From Bacillota bacterium (GTDB lineage: Bacteria > Bacillota > Clostridia > Christensenellales > SZUA-584): a stretch of 64,000 nt of DNA. How positions within the stretch are numbered: position 1 is the first letter of the stretch; each line of letters begins with the position of its first letter. Positions 63,973 through 64,000 of this stretch are shown here, in pieces. The notes under the pieces are model-generated. The model saw nothing but the letters and a program-made list of their open reading frames with translations, did not search any database and had not been told where the DNA came from. The DNA lies in assembly GCA_023460085.1 (NCBI GenBank), contig JAEWRI010000046.1:202750-266749 (forward strand), written 5' to 3'. Made by a program: the position numbers and the translations under genes.

Positions 63973-64000
63973 TTAATCCACATAGGTAATGGTAAATACC
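63973..64000 (-). CDS. 3' end of a fifth paralog (partial, runs off the window)
   Basis: The minus strand reads ..V F T I T Y V D stop, identical in style to the other module ends. It lies 38 bp upstream of the paralog 4 start. Confidence 0.5.

Noticed and set aside
1-64000. Mobile genetic elements, prophage, rRNA or tRNA genes
   Set aside because: No integrase, transposase, recombinase or phage structural-gene patterns were seen. No cloverleaf-like tRNA or rRNA signatures were recognised in the intergenic regions. The low-GC islets (about 3.7-5.3 kb and 14.4-15.0 kb) lack flanking direct repeats that I could see.

Overview
GC-rich (about 60% by eye) chromosomal segment that looks like a Clostridia-type Firmicute. 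The signs are AGGAGG-type ribosome-binding sites, a sortase, LL-diaminopimelate aminotransferase, a Clostridial-style type IV pilus (T4P) module, and many ATGA/TGATG overlapping gene junctions. No rRNA, tRNA, CRISPR array, transposase or integrase was recognised. Most of the window (1-49 kb) is housekeeping or accessory metabolism: a ribose-type sugar ABC transporter with a ROK regulator; GNAT acetyltransferases and hydrolases; an XRE-cupin / acyl-CoA synthetase / [FeFe]-hydrogenase-like operon; a sortase-methyltransferase-GNAT operon; a GT4-PlsC fusion gene; SufC/SufBD; TypA/BipA; a GT-C x2 / FAD-oxidoreductase / GtrA / amidase envelope-glycosylation module; MocR plus EamA; an orphan LytS/PAS histidine kinase; SbcCD; and DapL. 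The most interesting part is 49.4-64 kb. A T4P-like module (pilD, two pseudopilins, a PilX-like beta-helical protein, pilMNO) lacks an ATPase, platform protein and major pilin. It converges on a minus-strand operon that encodes at least 5 tandem secreted beta-helix proteins. These share a roughly 120-aa C-terminal module ending GTMVFTITY. The same module also occurs alone, fused to a VPSTG sortase sorting signal, in the next gene. Two further envelope proteins follow: a Pro/Thr-rich anchor protein and a 600-aa protein with tandem Ig-like repeats. I interpret this as a candidate undescribed Gram-positive cell-surface complex in which an anchored base carries exchangeable heads. Many long ORFs in the six-frame track are antisense shadow ORFs typical of high-GC DNA and were rejected.
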